NCBI GenBank assembly: GCA_023249795.1
Contig: JAHFBU010000001.1
Location: forward strand, 1-38,499
Reading direction: 5' to 3'
Source of the DNA: Syntrophaceae bacterium
Lineage (GTDB): Bacteria > Desulfobacterota > Syntrophia > Syntrophales > UBA5619
Length of the DNA: 38,499 nt
The translations under genes were made by a program, and so were the position numbers. Shown piece by piece: positions 27,870 to 36,699 of this stretch. Position 1 is the stretch's first letter. Each line of letters begins with the position of its first letter. The notes below the pieces were generated by a model. It did not search any database. It saw only the letters and a list, made by a program, of their open reading frames with translations, and was not told where the DNA came from.

Positions 27870-29531
27870 CTATTTTCCACAGATCATCTCCACATTGGAA
27901 CGGCCCGGAGGGATGATCGGATAGACATAGGCGTTCGGATCGACCATGGCCTCCAGCATATAAGGGCCCGGGGCGGAAGCCATCCGGGCAATCGCCTCCT
28001 CCGGGTCTTCGTCCATGGCAACCCGCTCGGCCTGGATGCCGAACCCTTTTGCCACGGCCGTCAGATCGACCGTGTCTCCCAGGAAGCTGGTTGTAAAACG
28101 CGCTTCGTAGAAGAGGTCCTGCATCTGCCGGATCATTCCCAAGTGGCCGTTGTTGATCACGACGATCTTGATCGGCAGGCGGTAGGTGCTGATCGTCGCC
28201 AGTTCCTGGATGTTCATGTGAAACCCGCCGTCGCCGCAGATGGCGACCACGTCCCGGTCCGGGGCGCCCACCCTGGCGCCGATGGCGGCCGGAAGGGAGA
28301 AGCCCATCGTCCCCATGCCGCCGCTCGTAAGCAAGCTGCGGGGAGAATGGCTCTGCCAGGTGCGGACCGTCCAGATCTGGTTGAGCCCCACGTCCGCGAC
28401 GGCGATCGTCTCCCGTGGCATGGCGGCCTGGATCTTTCGGATCAGGGTCCCCGCCTGGCCGCACCCGCCATCAATGAGTTTTTCTCCCAGGGTTTGGCGG
28501 TCCGTTCGTATTCGTTCCTGCCATGCCTTCCGTTCCCTGGAAACGATCAGCGGGATCAGCGCCGCAAGCGCCTCCCGGATATCCCCCACAAGGGGGAGAT
28601 CCACCCTGATGTTCTTGCCGATGGAGGTGGGATCGATGTCGATCTGGGCGACGGTGGCAAGCGGGGCGAACTCCTCGATGCGGGAGGTACTCCGCTCTGT
28701 GAAGCGGGTCCCCAGGGCGAGAATAAAGTCGGCCTGGTGGACCGTCCGGTTGGCCAATTCGTTTCCGTGCGTGCCGATGAATCCGAGGTTGAACCCGTTC
28801 GTTGTCGCGACCGAGCCGATTCCCATCATCGTGGTTACGAACGGAACCTGCGCCGTCTGCACGAACTCGGTCGCGCGGTCGCAGGCGTTGCCCAGCTTGA
28901 CACCGCCGCCGATGATGATCACCGGCCGCTCGCTCCGGCTCAGCGCCTGCGCGATCCGTTCGATCTGCTCCGGATTCCCGGCGGGTTTCGATGGCGGGGC
29001 GGCCGGTCTCCTCTTCGGCTGGTCGCCGCAGGGGGCGCTCAGGATGTCTCTCGGGATGTCTACGAGGACGGGACCCGTCCGTCCGGAGCCGGCGAGCTCG
29101 AAGGCCTGCCGGAAAGACGAGGCAATTTGGTTCACATCGCGCACCATGAAGCTGTGCTTGGTGATGGGCATCGTGATCCCGATGATGTCCGTCTCCTGAA
29201 AGGCGTCACGGCCCCAGAGGTCGCTGTTGACCTGGGCGGTGATGGCGACCATGGGGGTCGAATCCATGTAGGCGGTGGCGATTCCGGTGACCATGTTGGT
29301 GGCGCCGGGACCCGATGTGGAGAGGCAGACCCCCACCTTGCCCGTCGCGCGGGCATAGCCGTCGGCGGCATGGGCTGCCCCCTGCTCGTGCCGCATCAGG
29401 TAGTGCCGGATGCGGCTGCCGGTCAGCCGGTCGTTGAGCGGCAGGGTGTTGGCGCCGGGGTAGCCGAAAATCGCCTCCACCCCTTCCTCCAACAGGGTTT
29501 TCACAACAATGTCCGCACCGATGGTATCCAT
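27870..29531 (-). CDS. ilvB: Acetolactate synthase large (catalytic) subunit, ThDP-dependent
   Basis: 553 aa with IFGYPGANTLPLND, RHEQGAAHAADGYARATG and the ThDP motif GDGGFHMNIQELATI..NNGHLGM. Confidence 0.95.
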   Translation of the reverse strand: MDTIGADIVVKTLLEEGVEAIFGYPGANTLPLNDRLTGSRIRHYLMRHEQGAAHAADGYARATGKVGVCLSTSGPGATNMVTGIATAYMDSTPMVAITAQVNSDLWGRDAFQETDIIGITMPITKHSFMVRDVNQIASSFRQAFELAGSGRTGPVLVDIPRDILSAPCGDQPKRRPAAPPSKPAGNPEQIERIAQALSRSERPVIIIGGGVKLGNACDRATEFVQTAQVPFVTTMMGIGSVATTNGFNLGFIGTHGNELANRTVHQADFILALGTRFTERSTSRIEEFAPLATVAQIDIDPTSIGKNIRVDLPLVGDIREALAALIPLIVSRERKAWQERIRTDRQTLGEKLIDGGCGQAGTLIRKIQAAMPRETIAVADVGLNQIWTVRTWQSHSPRSLLTSGGMGTMGFSLPAAIGARVGAPDRDVVAICGDGGFHMNIQELATISTYRLPIKIVVINNGHLGMIRQMQDLFYEARFTTSFLGDTVDLTAVAKGFGIQAERVAMDEDPEEAIARMASAPGPYMLEAMVDPNAYVYPIIPPGRSNVEMICGK

Positions 29532-29549
29532 GACCTGTTCCTTTCCGTA

Positions 29550-29586
29550 AATAAAAAAGCCGTCGATTCTTCCGAACCGCGGCTTT
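29550..29586 (-). terminator. Second intrinsic terminator of the ilv leader (T2)
   Basis: The minus-strand RNA reads AAAGCCGCGGUUC-GGAA-GAAUCG(A)CGGCUUU, 13 bp with one bulged A, followed by UUUAUUU. It ends about 20 nt before the ilvB RBS. Confidence 0.55.
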
Positions 29587-29629
29587 ATAAAAAAAGAAAA
29601 GCCGCGGACCTTTCGGGGTCTGCGGCTTT
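29587..29629 (-). terminator. First intrinsic terminator of the ilv leader (attenuator T1)
   Basis: The minus-strand RNA reads AAAGCCGCAGACC-CCGAAA-GGUCCGCGGCUUU, 12 of 13 bp, followed by UCUUUUUUUAU. It begins 16 nt after the leader-peptide stop. Confidence 0.6.
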
Positions 29630-29645
29630 CGTCCTTAACATTTCA

Positions 29646-29735
29646 TCAAAGACGCCGAGCAGCAGCCCCTGTGTGTACGAGTACGACGACGGGAATGACG
29701 AGAAGCAAGCTGTTCGACAATGTTGTTTGTTTCAT
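29646..29735 (-). CDS. ilv operon leader peptide (29 aa, Leu/Val/Ile-rich)
   Basis: Hand translation of the minus strand gives ATG AAA CAA ACA ACA TTG TCG AAC AGC TTG CTT CTC GTC ATT CCC GTC GTC GTA CTC GTA CAC ACA GGG GCT GCT GCT CGG CGT CTT TGA. This reads MKQTTLSNSLLLVIPVVVLVHTGAAARRL. RBS GGAAGGG lies 7 nt upstream. The ORF is below the length cut-off of the ORF track. Confidence 0.6.
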   Translation of the reverse strand: MKQTTLSNSLLLVIPVVVLVHTGAAARRL

Positions 29736-29768
29736 CAATTAACCCTTCCGTTCCGATGGCTGGCCCGG

Positions 29769-29797
29769 ACCCTACCGGAACGAAAAACATTTGTCAA
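29769..29797 (-). promoter_or_regulatory. Candidate sigma70 promoter of the ilv leader and ilvBNC operon
   Basis: The minus strand reads a perfect TTGACA (29797-29792), a 17-nt spacer, then TAGGGT (29774-29769), about 35 nt upstream of the leader ATG. Confidence 0.5.
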
Positions 29798-29807
29798 GGC
29801 GATTTTT

Positions 29808-29835
29808 GGGGCGCGGTGTCGAAGGACCGCGCCCC
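29808..29835 (-). terminator. 10-bp GC hairpin just 3' of the giant gene (possible terminator or 3' stabiliser)
   Basis: GGGGCGCGGT (29808-29817) pairs with ACCGCGCCCC (29826-29835), starting 16 nt after the stop. On the minus strand it is followed by an A-run rather than a U-run, so it is atypical. Confidence 0.4.
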
Positions 29836-29851
29836 AGTCTGAGGTTATGCA

Positions 29852-32800
29852 TTACTCACCCTTCACGACGACGCCCGCCGCCGTGCCGGAGAAGGAACCG
29901 GTGCCGGGGAGGGATTGGCCGTGAGCGGCGGTGTTGTTCACGCCCGGGGTGATCGTCCCCGCCGCCGCGCCCGGCATCGACGAAATGTGGATCGCCGTCG
30001 GCGCCGCGGGCAGTCTTGCCGTGTCGGTGGTGCTTCGGGCCAGCGTCCCGGGGGTGTCTGTTTGGAGATTGTGAAGGGCGGCGCCCCAGCCGTTGTTTGT
30101 CGTGTCCCACTGCTTCACTACGAATGTCTGTGTCAACCCCGTGAGGTTGCCGGAGCTACTGAGCGTCACCGTGGTGCCGACCGACGGATCCGCGGCGTAG
30201 CTTCCATAAACATTGTTTGTAGCCCAGATCCGCGGACCCTCCTCGTTCTGGAAACGGAAGAACTTGATGTTGTCCATGTTCACGTAAAGGTTGCCGTTGT
30301 TGCCCCGGAGGTTGGCCATCCCGACGTCGAAGGCGGGGATCTTCGTGGCTCGCTCGAAATTGGCCCTTTCGCTGTCGGCCATCCCGGACTGCTTGTCGAT
30401 AAAGTTTTCAGTTCTCATGTAACCGCCCTGGGAAATGGCGGTCCAGGTGAGCGGTGTCGTGGTGGGATCAAAGATCCCCTTGACGCCGCCGCCCATGACC
30501 ACCGTGTAGGATTCGGGGATGGACTCGGCGGTCATTTTTTCTCCCCACCTGGCCTCGGCTCCCGCCACGGTGCCCGAGGAGACGCCGTTGGCCGAAGCAC
30601 CCATACTGAAGTTCAGATACTCGCTGCCATAACCGCCAGCCCAAGGCGACGGAAGGGGTATGTTTTCTTCGACCGACGAGATGTTGCTACGGAAATCAAG
30701 GGGATCCCCCCCGATTAGGGAAGGGTAGCCCCCGAGAGATCCCGTACCGTAGCCTCCCGCGGATGTGTCATCGAAACCCCCGAATACCCTGTGCCAGATT
30801 CCCCATGATTCACCGGGGAAATGTTGGATGGTTGTCTGGGACGTCTGCGAATTGTTTGTGTATGCCAAGGTGTTTATGGTGGATGACGATAGATAGCCTG
30901 ACATCTGGTAGGCATTGATGTCTCCCTGCGCTTTCCAGGAACCGATCTCGGGGGCGTAGGTGCCGGCGATGTCATCACTGTAGAGGATGCCCCCGTAGCC
31001 GTAGCCCTGCTGGTAAAGGGCCATGATGCCGCCGGAAACGACGTTGGCGGAATCGGCGGCGACTCCGGCGAATCCCTCATAGTATCCCGTGAACGTCGAG
31101 GTTACGGGAATGTGGCTGAAAATTGCGCTCGCGGCGACAAAGGGCACGGTCGGGAGAGATCCCACCTCTTTGTTGCCCAGGAGGCCGAGGAACTTGATCG
31201 GGCTCGTCCCGGATGCGAAAAGGTTTAAGCTCAGGCCGCCCATGATGCCGCTGAAATAATACTGATCCTGTTGAAGGTTCACAGACTCTCCGTAACCGGA
31301 AACCACGGTCTTGAATGTGGAGCCGTCGATGGCGCTGCTGAAGGCGAGCATTTGGCCCGAGAAGGTCCCCACCCCCTCGCCGATCCACCCTCCGCTGAAG
31401 CCTCCGTCGCCGTCCGACTCTTCGTTGTACAAGCCATAGAAGGGGCCGCTGAAGGTGCCGATCTGGTCCATGGTCATGTAGTCGCCGGAAGTGACGCCCG
31501 TAATCTCGCCGTTCCCTTCCCCGATGGACGTCCAGACGGGGCTGTTTACCTTGCCGATCCAGAAACCGCTTTCGGTGGAACCGCCGCCGGTCTTGATGGC
31601 TTTTCCGTCGAAGGGATGAGAAGAACCTGTCCCAGAACCATGGTCTTGATATCCGTCCTCGATCCAGAAAGCGAAGACCCCCCACGGAAGATTGAAGGTT
31701 GCTTCCCGCTCACTGTCGTAGGCGCTGAAGTAGAAGGCGTCGATCCCGCCCAGGCCCCGGATCAGGCTTCCGGAATCGTTTCCGTATCCCGCCCTGATGT
31801 CATATTCCGTTTCCTGAAGGGTGAATGCGCTGAGGGTGGTGCGCGTCTCCATCGGCGTAGCCGTCAGGGTGCCGTCGAGGGACCAGTAACCGTATTCTAT
31901 ACCGTTCTCCACCGGGTAGGGATAAAACCCGCCCGTCAGGCCCCCCTCGCTGCCGCCCGGGGTGAAGGTGGACAGAAGTCCCGCCTTCCCGTTCTTGACA
32001 TAGATGGCCGCCAGCGCGCCGTTCGCCGTCCGTTCCCAGACGCCGTTCTCGGGATCGACGTGAGAGAGGAGCCTTCCCGCGACGGCGCCGAAGAAATCGC
32101 CGTCCTGGAAAAGCGGCTCATTCCAGAGAGAATTCGCCGGATCCGGGCGGCTGCCGACCGGTGAACTCAACAGGAGGGCATTCGGCGCGGAGCTTTCAAA
32201 GTAATCGGCGTAATCCATCCCGTATGCTCCCGCCACCTTGATCGCCGCGGGGGCGTTCCACGGGGCGGTCCAGGCGCCGATGAGGCCCCACTCGTCGCCG
32301 ACGTGCTCCTCGTAGCCGTTGTCGTTGATGTACAGGCAATTATTTATGGCATAGCCCCAGTATCCGCCGAAGGCCGTCGGGGCCAGTTCGATGGTCCCTG
32401 CGCCGCCGCTGTTGCCGCCGTAATAGGGATCGCTCTCCCATGACTCGAAATTGATGTAGCCCATGGATCCGGGGAGCCCTGCTTCGAAGTTGCCCGTTCC
32501 CTTGAACTGGTTGTATCCGGGTGTGATGTAGAGGAGGTTCCGTCCCGACAGGCGCAGGCGGGTCGGATCGGTCTCCGTCCCCACCCCTGTGTTATACCCG
32601 GTGACATTGCCTACGATGAAGTAAGGATAGGGATCATCCCCTTCCTGGACCGCGTAGTTGTAACCGGCGTGCCCGTACTTGGCCGCCCATGTCGTCGGGG
32701 CATTTCCCGCCGCGCTGTAGTAGAACCCGTTATCGTCATTGATCCTGTTCACGGCCCAGGCGGAAAGGAATTTTGACCCGTCGGACGAGAGGTAGTTCTG

Positions 32801-35800
32801 GCTGGCGCCGGCGCCGTCCAGGATGCTTCCGGCGGAAACGACGCCGGACCAGATATAAGCGGGAAGGCCGGGCCCTCCCACCAGCACCGCCGAAACGCCG
32901 GGGACGTCCAGGCCCATCTGTTCGAAAAGAGCGGGCGAAACGCCGGTCAATCCCGTTGTGGCGGTCGTAAGAGCGGGCGTTCGGGTCAGGCCGCCGCTTG
33001 CGGTCAGTCTCCCATTGGCGTCATTGTAAGTCCCGTCGAGATAACCGAGAAAAAGCCCGACGCCCGTCGCATCGGCATAGAGGCCACTCAGGGCGCCCTC
33101 CCAGGAGCCGGGGATACTGGTGATCAGTCCCGTAACGTTGCTGCCGTTCTGCATTCGGCCGACAAGGGTTCCGATCTCCTGTTGCGGGGCAAGGTAGGGG
33201 GTTTCCTGTCCCGGTGTCTGGTCGTACTCCAGCGTCAGGGTGATGGAGCCGATGTTGGTCGTGCTGTTCAGGTTCTCCAGAAGCCTCCCCGCGGCGGTGC
33301 TTTCCCCGGGCGTCGCCGGATATGAATAGGGGAAATAGACATTGATCCGCGGTGCCTCCGTTGAAATTTCCACCACCCCCGCCGCCGTGCCGGAGAAGGA
33401 ACCGGTGCCGGGAAGACCCGTGTTGTTTACGCCCGGGGTGATCGAACCCGCCGCCAGGCCGGTCATTGCCGAGATCGGTATCGTGGCGGTGGCACCCTCG
33501 GGCAGTGTCCGGGTTTCAGTCCGTGTCAGGATTCCTCCCGTGTCGGTGGCGCCGTTGTTGTAGATGGAGGCGCCCCAGCCATTGTTTGGCGTGTCCCACT
33601 GCTCGACCTCAAAGGTATGGTTCAGGCCGACGAGGTTGCCGGAACTGGTGAGCGTCACGGTGGTACCGACCGTCGGATCGGTGGTGTAGCTTCCGTAGAC
33701 ATTGTTTGTTGCCCAGAGCTGTGGGTTTGCCTCGTTCTGGAAGCGGAAGAACTTGATGTTGTCCATACCCACATAAAGGTTGCCGTTGTTGCCGCGGAGG
33801 TTGGCCATTCCGACATCGAAGGCGGGGATCTTCAGCGCGCGCTCGAAATCGGCCCGCCCGCTGTCGGTCATTTCGGACAGCATGCCGAGGAAGGTTTCCG
33901 ACCTCATGCCGCCGCCCTGGGAGATGGCGGTCCAGGCCAGAGGCGTGGAATTGGGATCGAATAGGGCCTCGACGCTGCCGCCCATGACCAACGTGAAGGA
34001 TTCGGGGGTGGACTCCGAGGGCATCAGTTGATTCCATACGCTGCGGACCCCCACCACGGTTCCCGAGGAGACGCCGTTTACCGGCGCGGCCATGTTGTAG
34101 AGCTGGTACTGGATGCCGTAACTGCTGTCCCATTCCTGGGTCAGTAGAGGGACGTTGTTCTCGATCGATAACCAGTTGCGCGGGGTGTCGCCTTCATAGG
34201 TTCCCCCGGAGACGTTTTGCCAGATTCCCCAGGAGGTCTCGTCGTGGAAGTTCAGGACGACGGTTTGGGATGTCCGCAGATCGACAGTCCCGCCGGAGAT
34301 CGCCTTTACGGGCACTTCACCGGCGGCGTAGGATTGCGAGTATTCCCATCTGTGAATGGATGACGATAGATCGCCCGGCATCCGGTAGGCATTGAGGTTT
34401 CCTTCGGCTTTCCAGGAACCGATTTCGGTGTCGTAGGTACCGGCGACGTCATCGCTCCAGAGGATGCCCCCATCGCCGCCATTGCCCTGTTGGTAAAGGG
34501 CCAGAACCTCGCCCGAAACGGCCTTGGCGGAATCGGTGGCCATGCGGAGGAGGCCTTGATAGGATCCGGCGAATGACGAAGTCACGGGGATGTGGCTGGT
34601 GATTTCGGCCGTTGAAAGAGAAGCCATCCCCAACGCGGAATCCAGAATCACTGCGGGAGGGTCGATGCCGAGGAAACGGATCGGACTGGTTCCCGTTGTG
34701 AAGATGTCCTGGCTTAAGCCTCCCATGATACCGCTGAAGGTGTCGAAAATGGAACCGGATCCGACATACGTCAATCCTTGAATCGTGCTACTGAAGGCGA
34801 GCGTCTGGCCCGAGAAGGTTCCCACCCCTTCGCCGATCCAGCCCCCGCCGTAGCCCCCCGCCCCTTCGTTATACAGACCATAGAAGAGGCCGCTGAACGC
34901 GCCGAACTGGTCATTGTTTATATAGTCGCCGGACAGGGTACCCGTTATCTCGCCATTCCCGGAAGCGGTGGACGTCCAGACGGGGTTGTTCACCTTGCCG
35001 GCCAGGAAGCCGTCTTCGGTGGAGCCGCCTGCGATCTTGATGGCCTTGCCGTTCAAAGCCGTAGGCGTTCCCTCGAAAGAGGCGGCGGAATCATTTCCAA
35101 TCGAGAAACCGAAGATCCCCCAGGGAAGGTCGTGGTGCCCTTCAAGCATGCTGTCGTAGGCGTTGAAGAAGGCGGCGCCGAATCCGCCTTCCCCCCGGAT
35201 CCGGCTTCCGGAGGCGTTTCCGTACGCCGCTATGATGCCGAGTTCCCTTTCCTGAAGCATAAAATCGCTGAGGGTGGTGCGCGTCTCCATCGGCGTTGCC
35301 TTCAGGATGCCGTCAAGGTGCCATGTACCGCCATCCGGGCCGAGAGAAAACCCGCCGGTCAGGCCGCCCACGGCGCTGCCCGGGGCATAGGTTGTGAGCC
35401 AACCGGCCTTTCCGTCCTTCAGATAGAGGGCTACCGCCCCCCCCTTTGCAGAGCGGCTCCAGACCGTGCCGGAGGTCCCCGTGTAGGGGCCGATGATTCC
35501 CGCGGCTCCGCCGAAGAAATCCCCATCCGCGAAAACGGAATCATTCCACGGCATGTCCGCCGGCTTCGGGCGGCTGCCGATCGGGGAACCCAACAGGAAG
35601 CCCGGTGCGGAGGCGCCATTGTCGCTTCCGGAGGAATCCATCCGGAACTCTCCCGCAGCCTTGATGACGGCTGGGGCGGACCACGGGGCGGAGCGGGCGC
35701 CGATCAGGCCCCACTCGTCCGCGACATGTTCCTCGTAGCCGTTGTTGTTCATGAACAGGCAGGCTTCTCCATTCGTGCTCATGTCGTAGCCCCAGTATCC

Positions 35801-36655
35801 AATGGTCGTCAGCGGGGGTTCTTCCACCGGCGTCACCCCTGTCCCGGTCAGTTCCGGGGGAATAACAGGCGGCGTGGGCGGTGGGGGAGGTGTGGGCGGT
35901 TCCCCGGGACCGGGGCCGATTACGGGAGCGGTTAAAAGCCCGCCGCTTGCCTGCGTCGGCTCCGTGGGCGTCAGCACCAGAATCATCGGGACCTCCGGGG
36001 CGGCAGAGGCGCCCGCGTCTTTCTTGTCCTTGTCTCCTTTATCCCCGACGGGGGCCGTGTCCGACACATGCTTATCCACTTCGATGGAGGTCGCGGGCTG
36101 AATTACCGGCGGCTGGTTGTTCCCAGGGATCAGGAGGGCCTGACCGGGAGTGACGGTTTTCACATCCTGAGGCATGTTGCGGTTATACCCGTAGATGGTT
36201 CCCTCCTTCGGGACAAAGCCGCTCACCCCATCGTGGAAGAAGGAGAAGAAGTTGGTTCCGCGCACGCCGCAGACGGACGTGGGGGTGTGAACTTCATACC
36301 TTGCGTTTTTGGCCAACGAAGAAACGATATTCTGGGTCTTCCCCCTGAACAGATTCAGGATGGTGGTTTTGCCCTCCCCGGACGGGTAATCTGTGATCCG
36401 GACGCGGGTTCCTTCGGCCAGCCGCAGGATATTCCCATCGAGGAAGGTCACTTCGGCCCTGGCCCTGCTTTTGGATCGTAGGACATCGCCGGCGTTGACC
36501 GGCTCGCCGAGGCCGGCCGGTCGGACCGTGTCGCCGGCGGTGATATCAACGTTGCCCTCAATGTGGGTGATCTTTCCCACCGGGGCGGCGGAGGCGGTCA
36601 GAGGCAGCAACAGCAGGACCGTGATGATCCAAAATAATTTCGTGAAGTTCTTCAT
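29852..36655 (-). CDS. Giant secreted FecR-domain protein with two about 800-aa paralogous modules of unknown function
   Basis: About 2267 aa from MKNFTKLFWIITVLLLLPLTASA|AP. RBS GAGGGGG lies 6 nt upstream of the ATG at 36655; the track ORF starts at 36670. FecR-domain signature GKITHIEGNVDI..AGDVLRSKSRARAEVTFLDGNILRLAEGTRVRI...VHTPTSVCGVRGTNFF. Pro-rich linker GPGPGEPPTPPPPPTPPVIPPE. The rest is Gly/Ser/Thr/Asn/Tyr/Trp-rich. Confidence 0.85.
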   Translation of the reverse strand: MKNFTKLFWIITVLLLLPLTASAAPVGKITHIEGNVDITAGDTVRPAGLGEPVNAGDVLRSKSRARAEVTFLDGNILRLAEGTRVRITDYPSGEGKTTILNLFRGKTQNIVSSLAKNARYEVHTPTSVCGVRGTNFFSFFHDGVSGFVPKEGTIYGYNRNMPQDVKTVTPGQALLIPGNNQPPVIQPATSIEVDKHVSDTAPVGDKGDKDKKDAGASAAPEVPMILVLTPTEPTQASGGLLTAPVIGPGPGEPPTPPPPPTPPVIPPELTGTGVTPVEEPPLTTIGYWGYDMSTNGEACLFMNNNGYEEHVADEWGLIGARSAPWSAPAVIKAAGEFRMDSSGSDNGASAPGFLLGSPIGSRPKPADMPWNDSVFADGDFFGGAAGIIGPYTGTSGTVWSRSAKGGAVALYLKDGKAGWLTTYAPGSAVGGLTGGFSLGPDGGTWHLDGILKATPMETRTTLSDFMLQERELGIIAAYGNASGSRIRGEGGFGAAFFNAYDSMLEGHHDLPWGIFGFSIGNDSAASFEGTPTALNGKAIKIAGGSTEDGFLAGKVNNPVWTSTASGNGEITGTLSGDYINNDQFGAFSGLFYGLYNEGAGGYGGGWIGEGVGTFSGQTLAFSSTIQGLTYVGSGSIFDTFSGIMGGLSQDIFTTGTSPIRFLGIDPPAVILDSALGMASLSTAEITSHIPVTSSFAGSYQGLLRMATDSAKAVSGEVLALYQQGNGGDGGILWSDDVAGTYDTEIGSWKAEGNLNAYRMPGDLSSSIHRWEYSQSYAAGEVPVKAISGGTVDLRTSQTVVLNFHDETSWGIWQNVSGGTYEGDTPRNWLSIENNVPLLTQEWDSSYGIQYQLYNMAAPVNGVSSGTVVGVRSVWNQLMPSESTPESFTLVMGGSVEALFDPNSTPLAWTAISQGGGMRSETFLGMLSEMTDSGRADFERALKIPAFDVGMANLRGNNGNLYVGMDNIKFFRFQNEANPQLWATNNVYGSYTTDPTVGTTVTLTSSGNLVGLNHTFEVEQWDTPNNGWGASIYNNGATDTGGILTRTETRTLPEGATATIPISAMTGLAAGSITPGVNNTGLPGTGSFSGTAAGVVEISTEAPRINVYFPYSYPATPGESTAAGRLLENLNSTTNIGSITLTLEYDQTPGQETPYLAPQQEIGTLVGRMQNGSNVTGLITSIPGSWEGALSGLYADATGVGLFLGYLDGTYNDANGRLTASGGLTRTPALTTATTGLTGVSPALFEQMGLDVPGVSAVLVGGPGLPAYIWSGVVSAGSILDGAGASQNYLSSDGSKFLSAWAVNRINDDNGFYYSAAGNAPTTWAAKYGHAGYNYAVQEGDDPYPYFIVGNVTGYNTGVGTETDPTRLRLSGRNLLYITPGYNQFKGTGNFEAGLPGSMGYINFESWESDPYYGGNSGGAGTIELAPTAFGGYWGYAINNCLYINDNGYEEHVGDEWGLIGAWTAPWNAPAAIKVAGAYGMDYADYFESSAPNALLLSSPVGSRPDPANSLWNEPLFQDGDFFGAVAGRLLSHVDPENGVWERTANGALAAIYVKNGKAGLLSTFTPGGSEGGLTGGFYPYPVENGIEYGYWSLDGTLTATPMETRTTLSAFTLQETEYDIRAGYGNDSGSLIRGLGGIDAFYFSAYDSEREATFNLPWGVFAFWIEDGYQDHGSGTGSSHPFDGKAIKTGGGSTESGFWIGKVNSPVWTSIGEGNGEITGVTSGDYMTMDQIGTFSGPFYGLYNEESDGDGGFSGGWIGEGVGTFSGQMLAFSSAIDGSTFKTVVSGYGESVNLQQDQYYFSGIMGGLSLNLFASGTSPIKFLGLLGNKEVGSLPTVPFVAASAIFSHIPVTSTFTGYYEGFAGVAADSANVVSGGIMALYQQGYGYGGILYSDDIAGTYAPEIGSWKAQGDINAYQMSGYLSSSTINTLAYTNNSQTSQTTIQHFPGESWGIWHRVFGGFDDTSAGGYGTGSLGGYPSLIGGDPLDFRSNISSVEENIPLPSPWAGGYGSEYLNFSMGASANGVSSGTVAGAEARWGEKMTAESIPESYTVVMGGGVKGIFDPTTTPLTWTAISQGGYMRTENFIDKQSGMADSERANFERATKIPAFDVGMANLRGNNGNLYVNMDNIKFFRFQNEEGPRIWATNNVYGSYAADPSVGTTVTLSSSGNLTGLTQTFVVKQWDTTNNGWGAALHNLQTDTPGTLARSTTDTARLPAAPTAIHISSMPGAAAGTITPGVNNTAAHGQSLPGTGSFSGTAAGVVVKGE
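29855..32365 (-). repeat. Module B of the intragenic duplication (from GYWGYA.. to the C-terminal PGTGSFSGTAAGVV)
   Basis: Collinear with module A through many conserved blocks: NGYEEHVxDEWGLIGA, TATPMETRTTLS, GGWIGEGVGTFSGQ, KIPAFDVGMANLRGNNGNLYV, WATNNVYGSY, PGTGSFSGTAAGVV. Confidence 0.85.
33371..35800 (-). repeat. Module A of the intragenic duplication (from GYWGYD.. to PGTGSFSGTAAGVV)
   Basis: Same conserved blocks as module B. The 35-nt stretch 33378-33412 is identical to 29874-29908. Confidence 0.85.
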
Positions 36656-36699
36656 ATGATACCCCCTCATTAAGAAAAGGAACGATGATCGGTTTTCCC

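Noticed and set aside
28143-29924. 593-aa plus-strand ORF over ilvB, the ilv leader region and the 3' end of the giant gene
   Set aside because: It is antisense to ilvB and runs through the obvious non-coding leader and terminator region. Its composition is an Arg/Gly/Pro/Asp-rich artefact.
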